From: Lama guanicoe
Lineage: Eukaryota
Direction of reading: 5' to 3'
Length of the DNA: 64,000 nucleotides
Assembly (NCBI GenBank): GCA_013239625.1
Contig: MU054662.1
Location: forward strand, 13,009,798 to 13,073,797
Part shown: piece by piece, positions 11,521-24,001 of the stretch
Numbering within the stretch: position 1 is the stretch's first letter
How the letters are laid out: every line of letters begins with the position of its first letter
The notes under the pieces: generated by a model
Told to the model about the DNA's origin: nothing
The model's database searches: none
Seen by the model: only the letters and a program-made list of their open reading frames with translations
Position numbers and translations under genes: made by a program

Positions 11521-13694
11521 AGCAGGTGTGAACCTCCTCCAAGTGGAACAAGGAGAGGGTCCTGGGTCTCTCTCTCTCTCTTTTTTGCAACTTTCCTCAT
11601 GACATCATGTCTGTGAATCAGGTTATTTATTGACTTCATTTTTTTGTACCATCATTTTGCTTTTTAAGGACCTCAGTTTTGTATCCACTTTAGTTGAGTT
11701 TTGCAGGGACACCCATTAGAGACCCTACCATTTGCCTGACTCCCCATGTGGTGGGCGACCTTGGGCTCACTGTATCACCTCGCTGGGTTGCAGGGTCTTC
11801 ACTGTATAATGCGGACAATGCTCATGAGTTTCTGAGGGTTTAAAAGGCGACAGAAATGTTAAGCCCCTGGCAGACTGCCCGGCGTTCATGGTCCCGCCCT
11901 TCCCACCCCATCTCTCCCGCTGCGTGAACGGGACCCTGAAGAGCTGGTCCTGTCTGGGCTGTGGAGCCAGAAGCCAGTCATCTGTGCGTTCAGCCCAAAG
12001 CATGGTCCCGTGCATCAGAGCTGGGAAACAGCTCGCGCTTCCAGAAACCATGATTGCTGACAGCCCCCCAGGTCCCCGCACTGAACAACTGAGGAAGGGA
12101 GCGTTCTTAGCAGTGTCTTGGATGTTGTGAAACATGGCGCAGTGATGGTGACAAGTAGGTTGCTGTGAAATGCAATTTAGGCTAATACGGCCAGCAGCAG
12201 AGCAGCGGGGAGCACGTGGGGTTTGCTTTCTTCTCCTGTGTCTCCATCAGGAAGGACTCAACCAGGTCAGGGAGCAGGGCTCCGAAAAACTTCCGCATCT
12301 CAGCCAATTCTGAAAGGAGCAAACTCCGAAGTTCGGACCCAGTGGCTTATGACTAATCCCGAACAAACCACTGGCTTTGCTCCCAGGGCTTCATGACTTT
12401 CCCGCAAACATGAGTGGTTTTAATATGGAGAGAGGGACAAAGAATGAGATGTGAGAGATGACAAAATGATTCTGGTAAAAGAAATAGCAGTCTGCCTGCG
12501 ACTGTGTCATTAAGGAGCTCTCTGCATTCTTCAGACTGTAATTTGGGATTCTGAAGATCCAGACTCTAACCTTTCCTTCTGGAAAGTGGAGGCAGCGGGC
12601 ACGTCGCTGGCAGCGGTGGGGTGGGTGGGGTCCTGCTGCAAATCCCACCCCAGGCTGCTTCCCCACGTCCTCGCTTAAAGAGGCCGTTTATCTCAGAACC
12701 ACTAGCTCCTCTGCAGAAGGGGTCGGCCAGCATCCACCGGTGGGGGGTCATGCCCACTTCAGCCTTTAGACCAAAGCACCCCCCACTGCACCCAGTGTCT
12801 GCTCTCCTCATAACGGCTTCTGGAGATACACATTTTTAGTAACACTAATAAATCACATTTGAATTGTACTTTACATTTGAAATGTGATTGCTCACAGTTT
12901 TATCTGATTCATAGAACGTCTAGTTTACAAAGACAAGATAGGTATTGATATAATCAAAATAATCAGACAGTTAAATGATTTACATGAGTTTGTACAGCTA
13001 GCAATTGTCAGGTCCAGGCTTAATCTCTGTTCCTCTGATGCAAAACTTAGGACTTCTTTTTTTTTTTTTAATCAAAAGAGATCTCCCAGATCGCACAGTT
13101 TTGGAATATGTATCCTGTTATATAAATAGGTGTATTGGAAAGAAGGAAGAAGGGGGAAGGAAGGAAGGACAGACTGACTACTCTTTTCAGTCAAAATAAA
13201 CCAAATAGATACCTCTCAGTGGACTCAGAGCTCAGTCAGTTCTCGGTCATGACGTGGAGGCAACTGGGGGCCCCGGTCGCAGGAAGCAGCCGCTCCTGCT
13301 CTGCCTCAGGTGAACGCTGTCCTGGAAGAGCGCTTTGCGGCCCCCAGGTCCAGTGCACAGGGCGGGGAAGGTGAGAGGGAGGAGGACGATTAGGAGGTGC
13401 TGGGGCTGGAACGGGGGTCCACGAGATGGTTGTGCAGGTGCTGGAAGGCCCACAACAGGTACTGATGGAACCTCCCGCCACGTAGAAATGAACAGAGAGC
13501 TCTCCCTTCCCTAGGTGCCCCATGGGCATATGGACAGGCGGTCGCCGGGAGGCCCGCACCAGGATGCCCGCTGAGCAGCAGATCTGTGTGTGGGAGGGAG
13601 GACAGCGGGACCCGAGACCCCGGGACCCCACGGCTGGGAACGTGCGGTTCGCTGCACCCAGCTCTGGATGAAGACAGTGCGCTCGGGGTCACAC

Positions 13695-13850
13695 ACAACC
13701 TGCCTTCAGGCCCCACCTCGGGCACTTACTGCCTGGGTGACCCTGAGCAGATCACTAAAGTCTCACTAAGCCTTCATTTCTTCATCTGTAAGTAGGAATA
13801 GTAATAGTCCTTTCTCATGGGAGCCTCGTGAGAGTAAATCAGGTAGCGGA
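13695..13850 (+). mobile_element. MIR
   Basis: Core 'cacttactgcctgggtgaccctgagcagatcactaaagtctcactaagccttcatttcttcatctgtaagtaggaatagtaatagt'. Confidence 0.7.
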
Positions 13851-13894
13851 GTCAAGCTTCCCGTGAGATTTCCAACCCTCAACAGGTTCAGATC

Positions 13895-13895
<1 letters not shown>

Positions 13896-13931
<36 letters not shown>

Positions 13932-13951
13932 CGGCTGTGTGTGTGTGTGTG
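13896..13951. repeat. Interrupted (TG)15...(TG)8 microsatellite
   Basis: Directly visible. Confidence 0.95.
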
Positions 13952-14156
13952 CATACATATATATGGCTGGTTTCTGTTGATTTTTATATATGTATCCATG
14001 AGTCAACATACTAATTTTTCTAACCCGTCTAAGCCCTCACTAAAAGAGAGGAAATCCTCTGAAGCTGCAGGTTTCAGTGGCCTGTCCTTGACCGTTTTCC
14101 TGTCCTCTCTGAGCCCAAGTACCTCCTCCCCTGTGAAATGTGAGAAGGGAAACACT

Positions 14157-14271
14157 CAGGGTGACCAAGTGCGTCTCCATTTGCCTGGAACTTCTTCGGT
14201 TTTAGCTCTGAAAGTCCTGTGTTCTGGGAAGCTCCTTAGTTCCAGGTAAACCAGGATAGTGGGTCACCTTA
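14157..14271. mobile_element. MER81-like hAT-Blackjack MITE nested in a MIR
   Basis: ~115 bp with terminal inverted repeats CAGGGTGACC...GGTCACCTTA and the central 'ggttttagctctgaaagtcc' motif; MIR-like sequence on both sides. Confidence 0.75.
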
Positions 14272-15693
14272 GAAATAACATCCCCTCGTGCGGTTAACGC
14301 CGGGGTTACATGAAGTGCGGGCAGTGCATGCAGAACACCGGTCAGACAGCAGGTGTCTTGGGGGGGAGTAACCACTGCCGTCGTGACGCGCGCTGAGAGC
14401 CTCTGAGGGCTGTTCACGGTGCTGGAAAGCCTCAGTCATGTCCACACACTTGTCAAAATACGCGCGATTGTTCATTCAGAAAGTACGTGCTGCGCACGCA
14501 CTGTGTCAACACATCGTGGTATGTGCGGAGCACTGCAGTGACCGAGATGGCCAGTTGGGTTTACTCTTCATCTGGGCGAGCAGACAGCACGCGGCAGCCC
14601 AGTCTGGCACGGGGGCGTCCCTTCAGGAGGGATGAGCCAGGAAGGCTTCGTGGGGGAACTCAGATTTAAAGACAAGACGGCCCCGGCTGGGGAAGCGCAG
14701 GGAGAAAGGACCAGCGTCAAAGAAGGGTGTGGGGTGTTTCGGGAGGAAAGGAGGCCCGTGGAGTGAACGCTCACGCGCCAGGCTAGGGACCCAGGCCTGG
14801 GTGTCCCCGCGTGGGGTCTGGACCCCAGGGAAGTCGAGGGTGCTCCAAATCAGTCCTTTTGATTCTGCGAAGACAGAGGTTCCAGGGCCTTAGCTGGCTG
14901 TGGAGACTGCCCCCAGCCACGTGGGCGTCTCGGCAGGAGGCGGGAAGGCCGAGCCGTCCGCAGCAAGGGCAGCACCTGGGTGCATAGATCCGCCCGCGAC
15001 GTGCGAGGACCCTGGTCCAGGCCGCTTCTGTGCATCCTCGGCCCCACAGGACCGTGCGGGGCCTCATAAAGCATCTTAATTTGGATTTAATAGGATATCT
15101 ACTGTGTGCTAAAAACAGCAAATTGCTATTTATTAATGACATAATTATTAGAACTTAACACCTGGGCAGTGGATGCTATGCCGAGAGGAAGTTCCCTGGA
15201 ATACTGTTTCAATAATTATGTTACTTAATTATTTACACCTTTGAATTAAAATTCAATAAGAGCCAGCTTAAACCTTAACACGTGGAATGTGGACCTCCGG
15301 CCAGCGCGCGGGCTCCTCGGGCCTCAGCCTTTCTTTCCGAGCAGAGCCCAACCAGTTCCTGTTTTGCCTGTTTCTGTCATGGTAGGTTTTCTAGATTCAG
15401 ACTCAAAAGTCAGCCAGGACATCACGTAGCTCAACGTGGAAACCAGCTGACGGCCTTTTTGAGCTAGCATGGACCCGTAGCAGGTGTCAGACTCGCCCCG
15501 GACCTTTGTGTAACCCCGACTGCCGACAGGCGAGTGCTGCCTGCCCACCTGCCCCGGTCCTCTCCCGTCCGCTCGTCTAAAACAGATCACACTCATGTTC
15601 TCCCCCGGAGGGTTTATCCTGAGGACAGCAGGGACCTGCCAGCTCAGCCATCCAGCTGCTGTGGAACAAAATGGTGCTCTCATTTGACTCTGT

Positions 15694-15860
15694 ATTTCTG
15701 GGCCCCCCATCCTGGCCATCGTGGGGCCCCAGCACCGTGTCCCTGCACTGATTCCTGGGTCCCACATCCCGGCCCTTGTGGAGCCCAGGCACCACATCCC
15801 TGCGCTGATTCCCAGGCCCCCCATCCCAGTGATCACGGGGCCTGGCACCGTGTCCTTGCA
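15694..15860. repeat. 57-bp-period minisatellite, ~2.9 copies
   Basis: Units start at 15694, 15751 and 15808 (att[t/c]c...catcc...gcacc...tcc[c/t]tgc). Confidence 0.85.
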
Positions 15861-18800
15861 TGGCTCTCAGACCCGCCCTTCTCCTTCCTCCTCACACAGC
15901 CAGCAGTTCAACCCAGGCCCAGACATCACTCGTAGAACTGATTTCTCTGAGTCCAGTGTCTGTCATGCACGCCCTCTGACGCACTGTCACTGGCTTATTT
16001 TGCTTTAAGTATATTAAATATATATCTATATCTATATCTATATGGCATTTCCTTTTTTAAACAATTTCAAATGCTTGCCATTACCTCTGGGACAGAGTTG
16101 AACCCAGGGCCTGGCCGGCCAGGCTGATCCGTAATCCAGCTCCTGATCCTTCATTGACCTGGCAGCCCGTGCTTCCTCAAGTCAGTTAGCATTTATCGAC
16201 CGTCTGTTCTGTGTTGATGGGACACACGTGTTTGCCAAGCACACACAGTATTCACACTCACTAAGTCCTTCACCCTGGGTGGAGCTTCTGTAAGTTTGCT
16301 TCATAAACTTACTCCTTAAATCCTCAAAGAACCCCGTGAGGTTTGTGCAGTCGGCTTCATCGCATCCAGAAGTGAGGCACAGAGAGGTGCGGGCACTGGG
16401 CCAGGGCTGCCCAGCTCGCACAGGAGAGCGCGGGGTCTGGACCCCTGCCCTCTGGTGCCTCGGGCGCTGAGTAGACTTTGTCCCTCCGCCTTCATCATGC
16501 ATCTCTGCGCCCACGTCCGTGCCCGGGCCTTTCTGCCCCCCCGTGCAGGCTCCCTCTGGATGGTCATTTCTCACTGTTGATCCCAGGCAGACTCTTTGCC
16601 GAAAAGCCACTCTGACACCCACCCGCGTGCCCCTCCCCCTCGCTAACCACAGAACCTAAAGTGTGTGCTTTCTAGCGTCAGTCACACACAATCCTGTGAC
16701 GAATGGTGGCTTGTGAGTCAACTCTCCAGGGTGTTTATATGCACTGCTTCCCCAAACAGGTGGTAAGTTCCTGGAGGGCCAACAGAATGTGTGCACTACA
16801 GCATGTCGTTGGGGTCCCTAACCCACAGCTGTGCAGGTGGCAGGCGTTCACCCGCTGTTTGTTGAGTGACTTTCGGCCTGCCTCCTCCAGGAGCCATCCT
16901 CCCTGACAAGCACGCTGGCCACCAGACGTCTGAGTGGTAGTACTTTTCTCACATCGCCTCCTCTTCCTAGAGCGCCGTTCCTCCTCGGAGCCGATGGATT
17001 TTACTTGCCTTCCGGGGTGTGGCTCGGGGGCCTCACATCCAGGAGCCTTCCGTGACATGCATCTCCAGGCTGCTGAGGCCCGCCTCCTCTGCATTTGCCC
17101 GACGCCTTCTCTCCTATGTCACAGCACGCTGAAGGGGGTGCGTCTGTGCCTAGTTGTGCATCGCTGGACTATGAGCCTCTCGAGGACAAGCGCTGTGTCT
17201 TATAGCGTCAGGTCCTCAGTGCTGAGTGCAAGGCTGCCATCTGGAAGTGCTCCGTGAATGCTGGTAGAGAATGAACGAGTGGGTCAATGGATGAAAGCAA
17301 ACAGAGCCGTCCTGGCGTGTCTGTAACGGCCTGCCTGGTGAGACCGGGTGAGACGCAGAGCGTGTCCATGGAGACGGTCCTGTCTCAGTTGGCCAACACT
17401 TTCTGATAGATGTGGACTAGCTAAGACCATAGCGCATCCTTGTCAGTTCAGTTTAATTTTAAACACCAACTGTGTGTCAGCAGTCGCCACCTAGAAGATG
17501 ATGCTTCTGATCCCCTAGCATCTCAGGCACCACGCCAGCTTCATCCTCGTAATTGGGACCGCACCTCTGGTCAAACCGCCTCCGCTCTGTTGCCCGAGTG
17601 GTCCGCCTTTCAGACTCATCCAGGGGCAATTTGCCACCTTCAAGCCGCACTCTGAGGCAGGGCTGAATGGCCAGCAAGCTTTCACCGACTTCTGCTTCAC
17701 GAGTTGGATACTTTCCAGCGGTCGGTGGAGGGAGACAGTTCTAGATGGTTCTCCCAAGCATGAGGTGTGATCGTCTCATTTGATATACTTACTGTGCTGA
17801 CAGCGCTGGCCCAGGCTCCCGGCTCCTCGGCTGGGGGACTGTCCATTGTTCTCCAGTGTATGATTAGCAGATTAGCGTTGGTGTAAGAAGCCAAGAAAAT
17901 GAACTCCCAGTAGGCCCTTCCAAAGCAAGAGCAATTCATTACCCAGCCTGATTTCCGCTTAAAATGTACTTTACGCACACTTCCAACTACAAACACTAAA
18001 TCACCCCGTGTTCGCAAGGTCCATCATGTTTTATTTTATTGCACGGCGTTGGCGTGACATAATCCCTCGCAGAGCGTCTCGGAGTGCTTTACAGATCAAT
18101 AAATTACTTACCTGCGGAGCTGAGGCGATCTCCGCAAGGCCATCAGAGCCATTCTGCAGGCCGCCTGTCCTCTGGGAAACAAGCAAGGCCGGGCAGTGCC
18201 AACGGGGTGCGGATCAGGGCCACAGGCATGATTGCGGGTGGGGGCGGGGTTTCAGGAAGTGCATGTGCCAGTTAAAACTCCGAGAATGAAAGACTTCAAA
18301 TTAAAATGACTCTAGAATTCAGAGAGCTTAGGCATTTGGGTCTTTCAGACAGTCAGCAAATCACGTGTTCAGTCATTAACTCATCAATTATCTTTCTCTC
18401 CTGGAAGCTTCAATCTAGCTTGTAAAATGGTGCGGCCATAAATTGCAGGGTTGTGCTTTGGATCTGAGAGCCAGTGGTCATCCCCAGCCTTCACCACATC
18501 AGCTCTCCATTGTTTCTGTCCTGCCAGATACCTGTGAGGGAGCAGGTAAGCGTGTGTGCAAGGGTGTGCACACACACACAGAAGCTGCCTCTCTCTACCT
18601 GCAGCCCCATGCGGATCTCAATCTAAAGATGATCAGCCGGTGCTTGCTTTATGCAGGGCACTGCATTCGTTCGAGACGCTGCTGGCCCAGCATCCTACAC
18701 TGAGCTCGTTTATAGCGTAGGAGGAAGACGAGACGCCTGTAACACAAGCGGGTTTGTTTCAATGGCCTGGAGGAGGCTGTGGGCTCCCGGGAAGGAGAGG

Positions 18801-20702
18801 CCGCGTCCTCCTGGAGGTCGGCGGGGAGGCCTCGTGGAAGGGGCGGCAGCTCAGCCAGGCCTTGAACAGTTCTGATCAGTTTAGACAGTTGGAGAAAGAG
18901 TCAAGCGACCAAAACCGGGGATTGAGGATCAGGAAACGAAAGTTCAGGCGCCCTTGTTAGTGAGGGTGCCCAGCGGGGTGGGCACGCAAGAGCTGCGGGA
19001 AGGGAAGGGACAGCTATGAGCCGGTACGTCGCCACACCCCCTTTCCTGGAGGAGAAAATCCAGCAGCATCGGGGGCGAGTGCTGAGTGGCTCCGGGAGAG
19101 GGAGGATCACACAGAAAGTTCCAGCCAGTCTGACCTGCACGTGGGGGTCGCACTCCGGCCGTGCCCTCATCGGGGGAGTAAGGTGGCTGTTTGGCTTGTC
19201 TGGGGTCTCTTGCAGGCTGATGGCATTGTGTCCCGGGGGAGCACGTGTCCTGGGAAGGCACATGGCGGTGGCTCGGAGGCATACTGATTCAAGGAGACAA
19301 ACTGACCTGAGGACGCCTGAAAGACCCGGACAGGGGGACCCACTTAATTTGTGAAGAACTAACATGTCAAAACCAGTGTCAGTAGAACTGAAATGACATG
19401 TGTGTTAATGGCTCTGTTCTGAGGTTGTCACAAGCCTGTAGCTGGTCGGGGAGGCGGTTCCCTTGAACAATCATTATCATCTCATTCTACACATATTTGT
19501 TTAATTTTTACTGGGGGTAGAAACAAAAGTAAGACCTGGCTGAAGCCGTCGAAAAGCCCATGGTCCAGCAGGGGAGAGATGCTGGGCGAGTAACCACAGC
19601 ACGGTGGGAAAATGCCAAGGACTGGAGTTGGGGTGGGTAGACAACGCATGACCCCCTGACCTTATAAACCTGTTGGCAGACAAGGTAAACGAGCAGTCAT
19701 ATGCGAACCAAACATCACGTTCCTGGTGGTAAAGATGATCCCGGGGAATTAGGCTGAGATGTGCAGCAACGGTGAGCTTGCAGTTCTGAGCCCCAGGACG
19801 GGACAGGTGCACGGCGCTGGCTGCGGCGTGGGATGCAGCCTCCAAAGGGCACGCTGCCGCTGAAACAGCAGTGGGAGGTGCCCGGTGTGGTGCAGCTTCC
19901 GAAGGGAACCCCAGCTCCAAAACAAAAAGACTGAATGAAGTCTGGGGATCCAGCACCCAAGTTTACCAGTTGGAATGAACCCCTCCCTTCCTGGGCGAGC
20001 GTGATAGAAGATACAGAGAGAGAGTAAAGACTAGTGTGTTTTGACCCTCGGGGGCGTGTGATGGATCTGGGAACAGAGAAGAGAGGCAGTGGTCAGTGTG
20101 AGGTGGGCAGGGAGGGGGAGGGAAAGCTGCAACAAAGTGGCGTTTGATTCGGGTCTAAAGGGACGACTGGGAGTTTCCCAGCAAGGACATCAGGAACCAC
20201 GTAAACCCCAAAGGCAGGACGGCCAGTGATGCGCTGGGGTGACAGTGGGGCAAGTGGAGGTGGGATCCCGGGGCGTCAGCGGGGACAGAGGCTGGCGCTT
20301 GCCTCTGAACGGCCCGGCTTGCGAGGATAAGGAGCTGGGGTGTTACCAGGTCGGCAGCCGGGAGCGACCGGAGGGGTCTAGGCAGAGACGCCGCTTGGTC
20401 AGAATCGCATCGTATGAGGACGCTGTGAAGGCGGCGTGGAGAACGAGTGGGCGTGGGTGGTGACGGTGGGGACAGAGGGGGCCGGAGGCGGGGAGCAGGT
20501 ACTGCAGGGCTGCGGTGGACCCGTCCCTTCGGGCTCTGCGGCTGCGTTTGGACAGGAGGCACCGCAGGTCAGCTCAGGATGCCTCTTCCGTGTTGAAGGC
20601 CTTCCCCCTGGTTCCTCGTCGTCTCTGCAGCCCCTGTCCCTCAGCCCCCGCCTACTCGGCCCACTGCCGTTTAGGACAACAGAGAAACGCTCCAGCAGGG
20701 CT

Positions 20703-20734
20703 CTCATTTCCCTTCTTCGGTCTTGTCTCCACAG
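20703..20734 (+). other. NTM: 3' splice site of the NTM exon (candidate branch point, polypyrimidine tract, CAG)
   Basis: CTCAT (yTnAy; A at 20706), then TTCCCTTCTTCGGTCTTGTCTCCACAG. Confidence 0.85.
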
Positions 20735-20860
20735 TCTCTCCCAAAATTGTAGAGATTTCTTCGGACGTCTCCATTAACGAAGGCAACAACGTCAGCCTCA
20801 CCTGCATAGCGACGGGCAGACCGGAGCCCACGGTCACCTGGCGGCACATCTCCCCCAAAG
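20735..20860 (+). CDS. NTM: Neurotrimin internal coding exon (126 bp, phase 1-1), N-terminal half of Ig-like C2 domain 2
   Basis: Translates (V)[41 protein letters not shown]. This matches recalled mammalian NTM ([42 protein letters not shown]) except two I>V changes, and is clearly closer than OPCML, LSAMP or NEGR1. It is flanked by ccacag| and AAG|gtaaga, and retains the Ig Cys, Trp and an N-x-S sequon. Confidence 0.97.
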
Positions 20861-21833
20861 GTAAGAGAGGCGGCTTGCTGCGGTGTCGCGAGACCAGGCG
20901 GGAGGTTTGCTGGCCGTGGACGGAGGTGATGGCGCTGGTGGCTTGGTCCAAGTAGCCTGGTGACAAGACTCCATGGCTCTTCGTGGCCCCTAGGAGTTCA
21001 GAAGTCACGCCTGGGGGCCCTCCCGCCCCTGGGAACCTCATCCCGGATGTTTCTGGGTGACGCGGTGGTAAGATGTTCCAGGCGGTTAGATGTGCTGGTC
21101 GCGCGTGATGGCGGAACAGCCGGCTTTGGTGGTGGCGTTCGGCTGGCTGCTTTAAGAGAGAAAACACAAGCGCCCAGTGACGAGTGAGAGCTCTGAGCGG
21201 CCGTGCTCCTCGAGGAAAACTTTCCAAGCATGCGCGTCTTCACTGTTGCCAAAGGTCTGGTGGCCAGTCCACGCGTTGCTCTGTGGTTTGGTTGTCATCC
21301 TGCTCTGGTTGGTCCTGGGAGACCCACAGGACTGCGTGCGTGCCTGAACTGCGAAATTTACTTTGTCTGGATGTCCAGGTGTTGTGCAGACCAGACCAAG
21401 AGCTGTCTCGCGCCTTCACGGGTTGAACTTTTAGAACTTAGGGCCAGATGTCCTTTGTTAGTAAGCTAGCGTGTGTGCACGGTCCATGGTGTTATTTCAG
21501 TTGTTCTTAAACATCTGCTGAGCGCTTGGGGGCTTAGCAATAAACCGAAGCAGACAAAGAGGCATGAGCTCACACTCACGAGCTCACGTTCTCCGGAGAC
21601 AAATAACCAAAATGATAATAACACAATAGGAGGTGACACGGATGAGAAGACAGAGCAGGGCACGAGGTGACATTTGAGCAGAGGCATGACTGAAGGTCCT
21701 TAATTTCACGGCTCCTGTCCGGCCAGCGTGAACAAGGCTTAGGTAAGTGTCTCTGTGTGTGCCTGACGGCGTGTGCGCTCCGAGTGGTGCGGCGTCAAAG
21801 CAGCTGAAGGAACCGCAGTGGTGGTCGTTTGCC

Positions 21834-22213
21834 TGCGGTTGCAGGATGGGTTCCACTAATGCAGACCCTGCAGGACATTTGTCGGCGGTGCCCCTGGGGT
21901 CGGCCCCGGGAAAGGGGAGGGAGGGTGGCAGGTCCGTGCAGTCCATTGGAACATCTCTGCTGACCCCGCGCTGAGGTCTGGACACAGGGTGACCCTCCAG
22001 GAATGTCCTTGATTGAGGCTGTGGGGGTGGCCTCTTAGACCAGCACAGCCATCGGTCACGGAATCTGGGCTGTCCCCAGAGAGGCTGTGACCTTGGCCAG
22101 GAGTCTCTTCATAGGAGACAGTCCCCACGAGGGGCTGCAGCTTGGGGCTTCCAGCCACTGGGGCAGGCGACCTCCGTTCCTGGGCACAGTGGAGCATCCC
22201 AGTGTCCACTACA
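21834..22213 (-). mobile_element. Solo ERVL LTR (LTR16/LTR33-like)
   Basis: The minus strand starts TGTAGTGGACACTGGGATGC; 'gggttcc...gcagaccctg' and 'gaggctgtgaccttggcc' resemble recalled LTR33/16 motifs. Confidence 0.5.
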
Positions 22214-22752
22214 CCGGGCGTTTGGAAACCAGTCAGTTTAAAGCTGTGCCTGAGCCCCCGTAGCGAACCCCCTCCGTCGCAGTGACAGTTTGCCCTGGTA
22301 GAGGATCTCAGAGGAGGTGCGAGGTTTCCTGTGTCTGGGCTGGCGTCCCGGGCGCTGTCTCCTGCCACCCCTCCCGACACCCCTGCTGTGAGGGGAGGAA
22401 TCTGAGAGCTGCTCACGTCTGCCACTCTCTCGGTTTGAAATGACCTCGCACGTGGGCTGGCCCACAGTCTGGGAGGAGGCCTCCGCTGGGCGCGAGGCCA
22501 TGCGTGATGGAACGTGGGGCCAGGGCACGTCCGGAGGAGGGGCGTCCAAATGGACAGGCACTCTCGTCCGCGGTGCGCGCCGTGCATCGCTGCTTAATGC
22601 CGAGCCCCCCCGGTCCTCGGGACCGCCGGATGCCGGGGCGGCGGGTGCACTCAGGGCCGGCAGGACATTAATCATCACCGTGGACTGCGGCCCTGTGTCC
22701 AGAGGCACTGCGCCCCCTCCCGCGGGGCCCCTCTGTCTCCCTTATGATGTTT

Positions 22753-22945
22753 TGGCTCCTCTCTCCTCCGCCCTTTCTGGGCCCTTCTCTCCTCTCTTCT
22801 TCATTTCCTTCTCCTCCTTTCTCCTCGCCTCCTCGCTCCCCTCTCTCCTGTCCCTCACGTCCCCGGTCATTCCGTTTCACTCCACGCCGTCCTCCCTTTC
22901 TCCTCTCCCTCCCTCCCCGTCACTTCCGTCCCCTCTCTGGCCTTG
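22753..22945 (+). repeat. Low-complexity polypyrimidine (CT-rich) tract
   Basis: ~190 bp dominated by C and T on the + strand. Confidence 0.85.
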
Positions 22946-23704
22946 GCGCCCCCTCCGCTCAACCCGGTGCCTTCGAGTCCTTCCCCCTGCCCGGCCGACT
23001 GGCTGCCTCGCTTCCCCAGGGGCCTCCCCTGGGCCCGGGTTGGATGCATCCGTTCTACTGGAGGTTAAGCTGCTACGGAAACAGAAGACGGATCACGGGG
23101 AGAGGAGCGGATGATCAGAATCTACCTGCAGCTCAGAGTAATTCAGACGAGCAGCTTTTTCCAGATCCCTGGTCTGGATTAGCCACCCCGGGTCCAGGCT
23201 GACGAGACAGCCAGGCGGTGACTAACCACCGCGGGGCGTCTCAGAGCGCACGCTCCGTGGCTGATTATTTGGAGATCAGAGCTGTCACTGGGCTGCTGCC
23301 AAGCCCGGGCAGAGGCGGGGGACCCTTCACAGCCAGGCCTTCATCTTTCCCCACTAAGCGGTTCCACAAGGCTGCTTATTCTCCACACGGTGGGACAGGC
23401 GTGGCTTCCTTGGAGAAAAAGATACACGCGAGCAAAGGCTCCCGGGGCCAGCAGAGGCTGCGTCTCTCTCCCCAGTCCTGTGGGCAGGCCCCGCTTCAGT
23501 CAGGGTCACCGTCACCCGCACACTCGGTAGGGCCCCGATGGAGGGTGACCCAGCCTGAGCGCTCTGGGCCACCTTGGTGGCTTCGTGGCGGGTTCTCCCC
23601 AGACTGAGCTCTTGGCTCTGCACGTTTCTGAGATGCGCTAGTTTCCTCTATCGCAATCCGCGTGGTGCTCCTGGCTATAAGCTCATGCAAACCTCTTTGC
23701 TTTT

Positions 23705-24001
23705 TAGAAAAATTACGGAGGTGACGTTGGTCTATAACATTATATAAGGTCCACGTGTAACGCATGGTGTTCTGGCTTCTGTAAACACCACAGCGAGCTC
23801 ACCACTGGACCAGTTTTCATCCATCACCATCACCACTTCACTGACCACCCCCTGCCCCGCCTCCCCTCCGTACCAGTTACTCCGGCCTTTGTAGCCGCGC
23901 ATTTGGTTTGGTGTGTGCACTTCTTTTGCTTTTCAAATGTTCCACATGGAAATGAGGTCCTGTGGCTGCTGTCCTCCTCTGCCTGGCTTGTCCCACTCAG
24001 C
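23705..24001 (-). mobile_element. Older LINE-1 3' UTR fragment (L1MA-type)
   Basis: 'gaggtgacgttggtctataacattatataag...caccacagcgagctcacc...ttccacatggaaatgaggtcctgtgg...tggcttgtcccactcagc'. Confidence 0.65.

Noticed and set aside
15694-15860. CRISPR-like array
   Set aside because: Contiguous diverged tandem units with no unique spacers, no cas genes, and a mammalian context.
20515-20955. 146-aa ORF as a standalone gene
   Set aside because: Only 20735-20860 is NTM-like and bounded by canonical splice sites; the flanks are intronic read-through.
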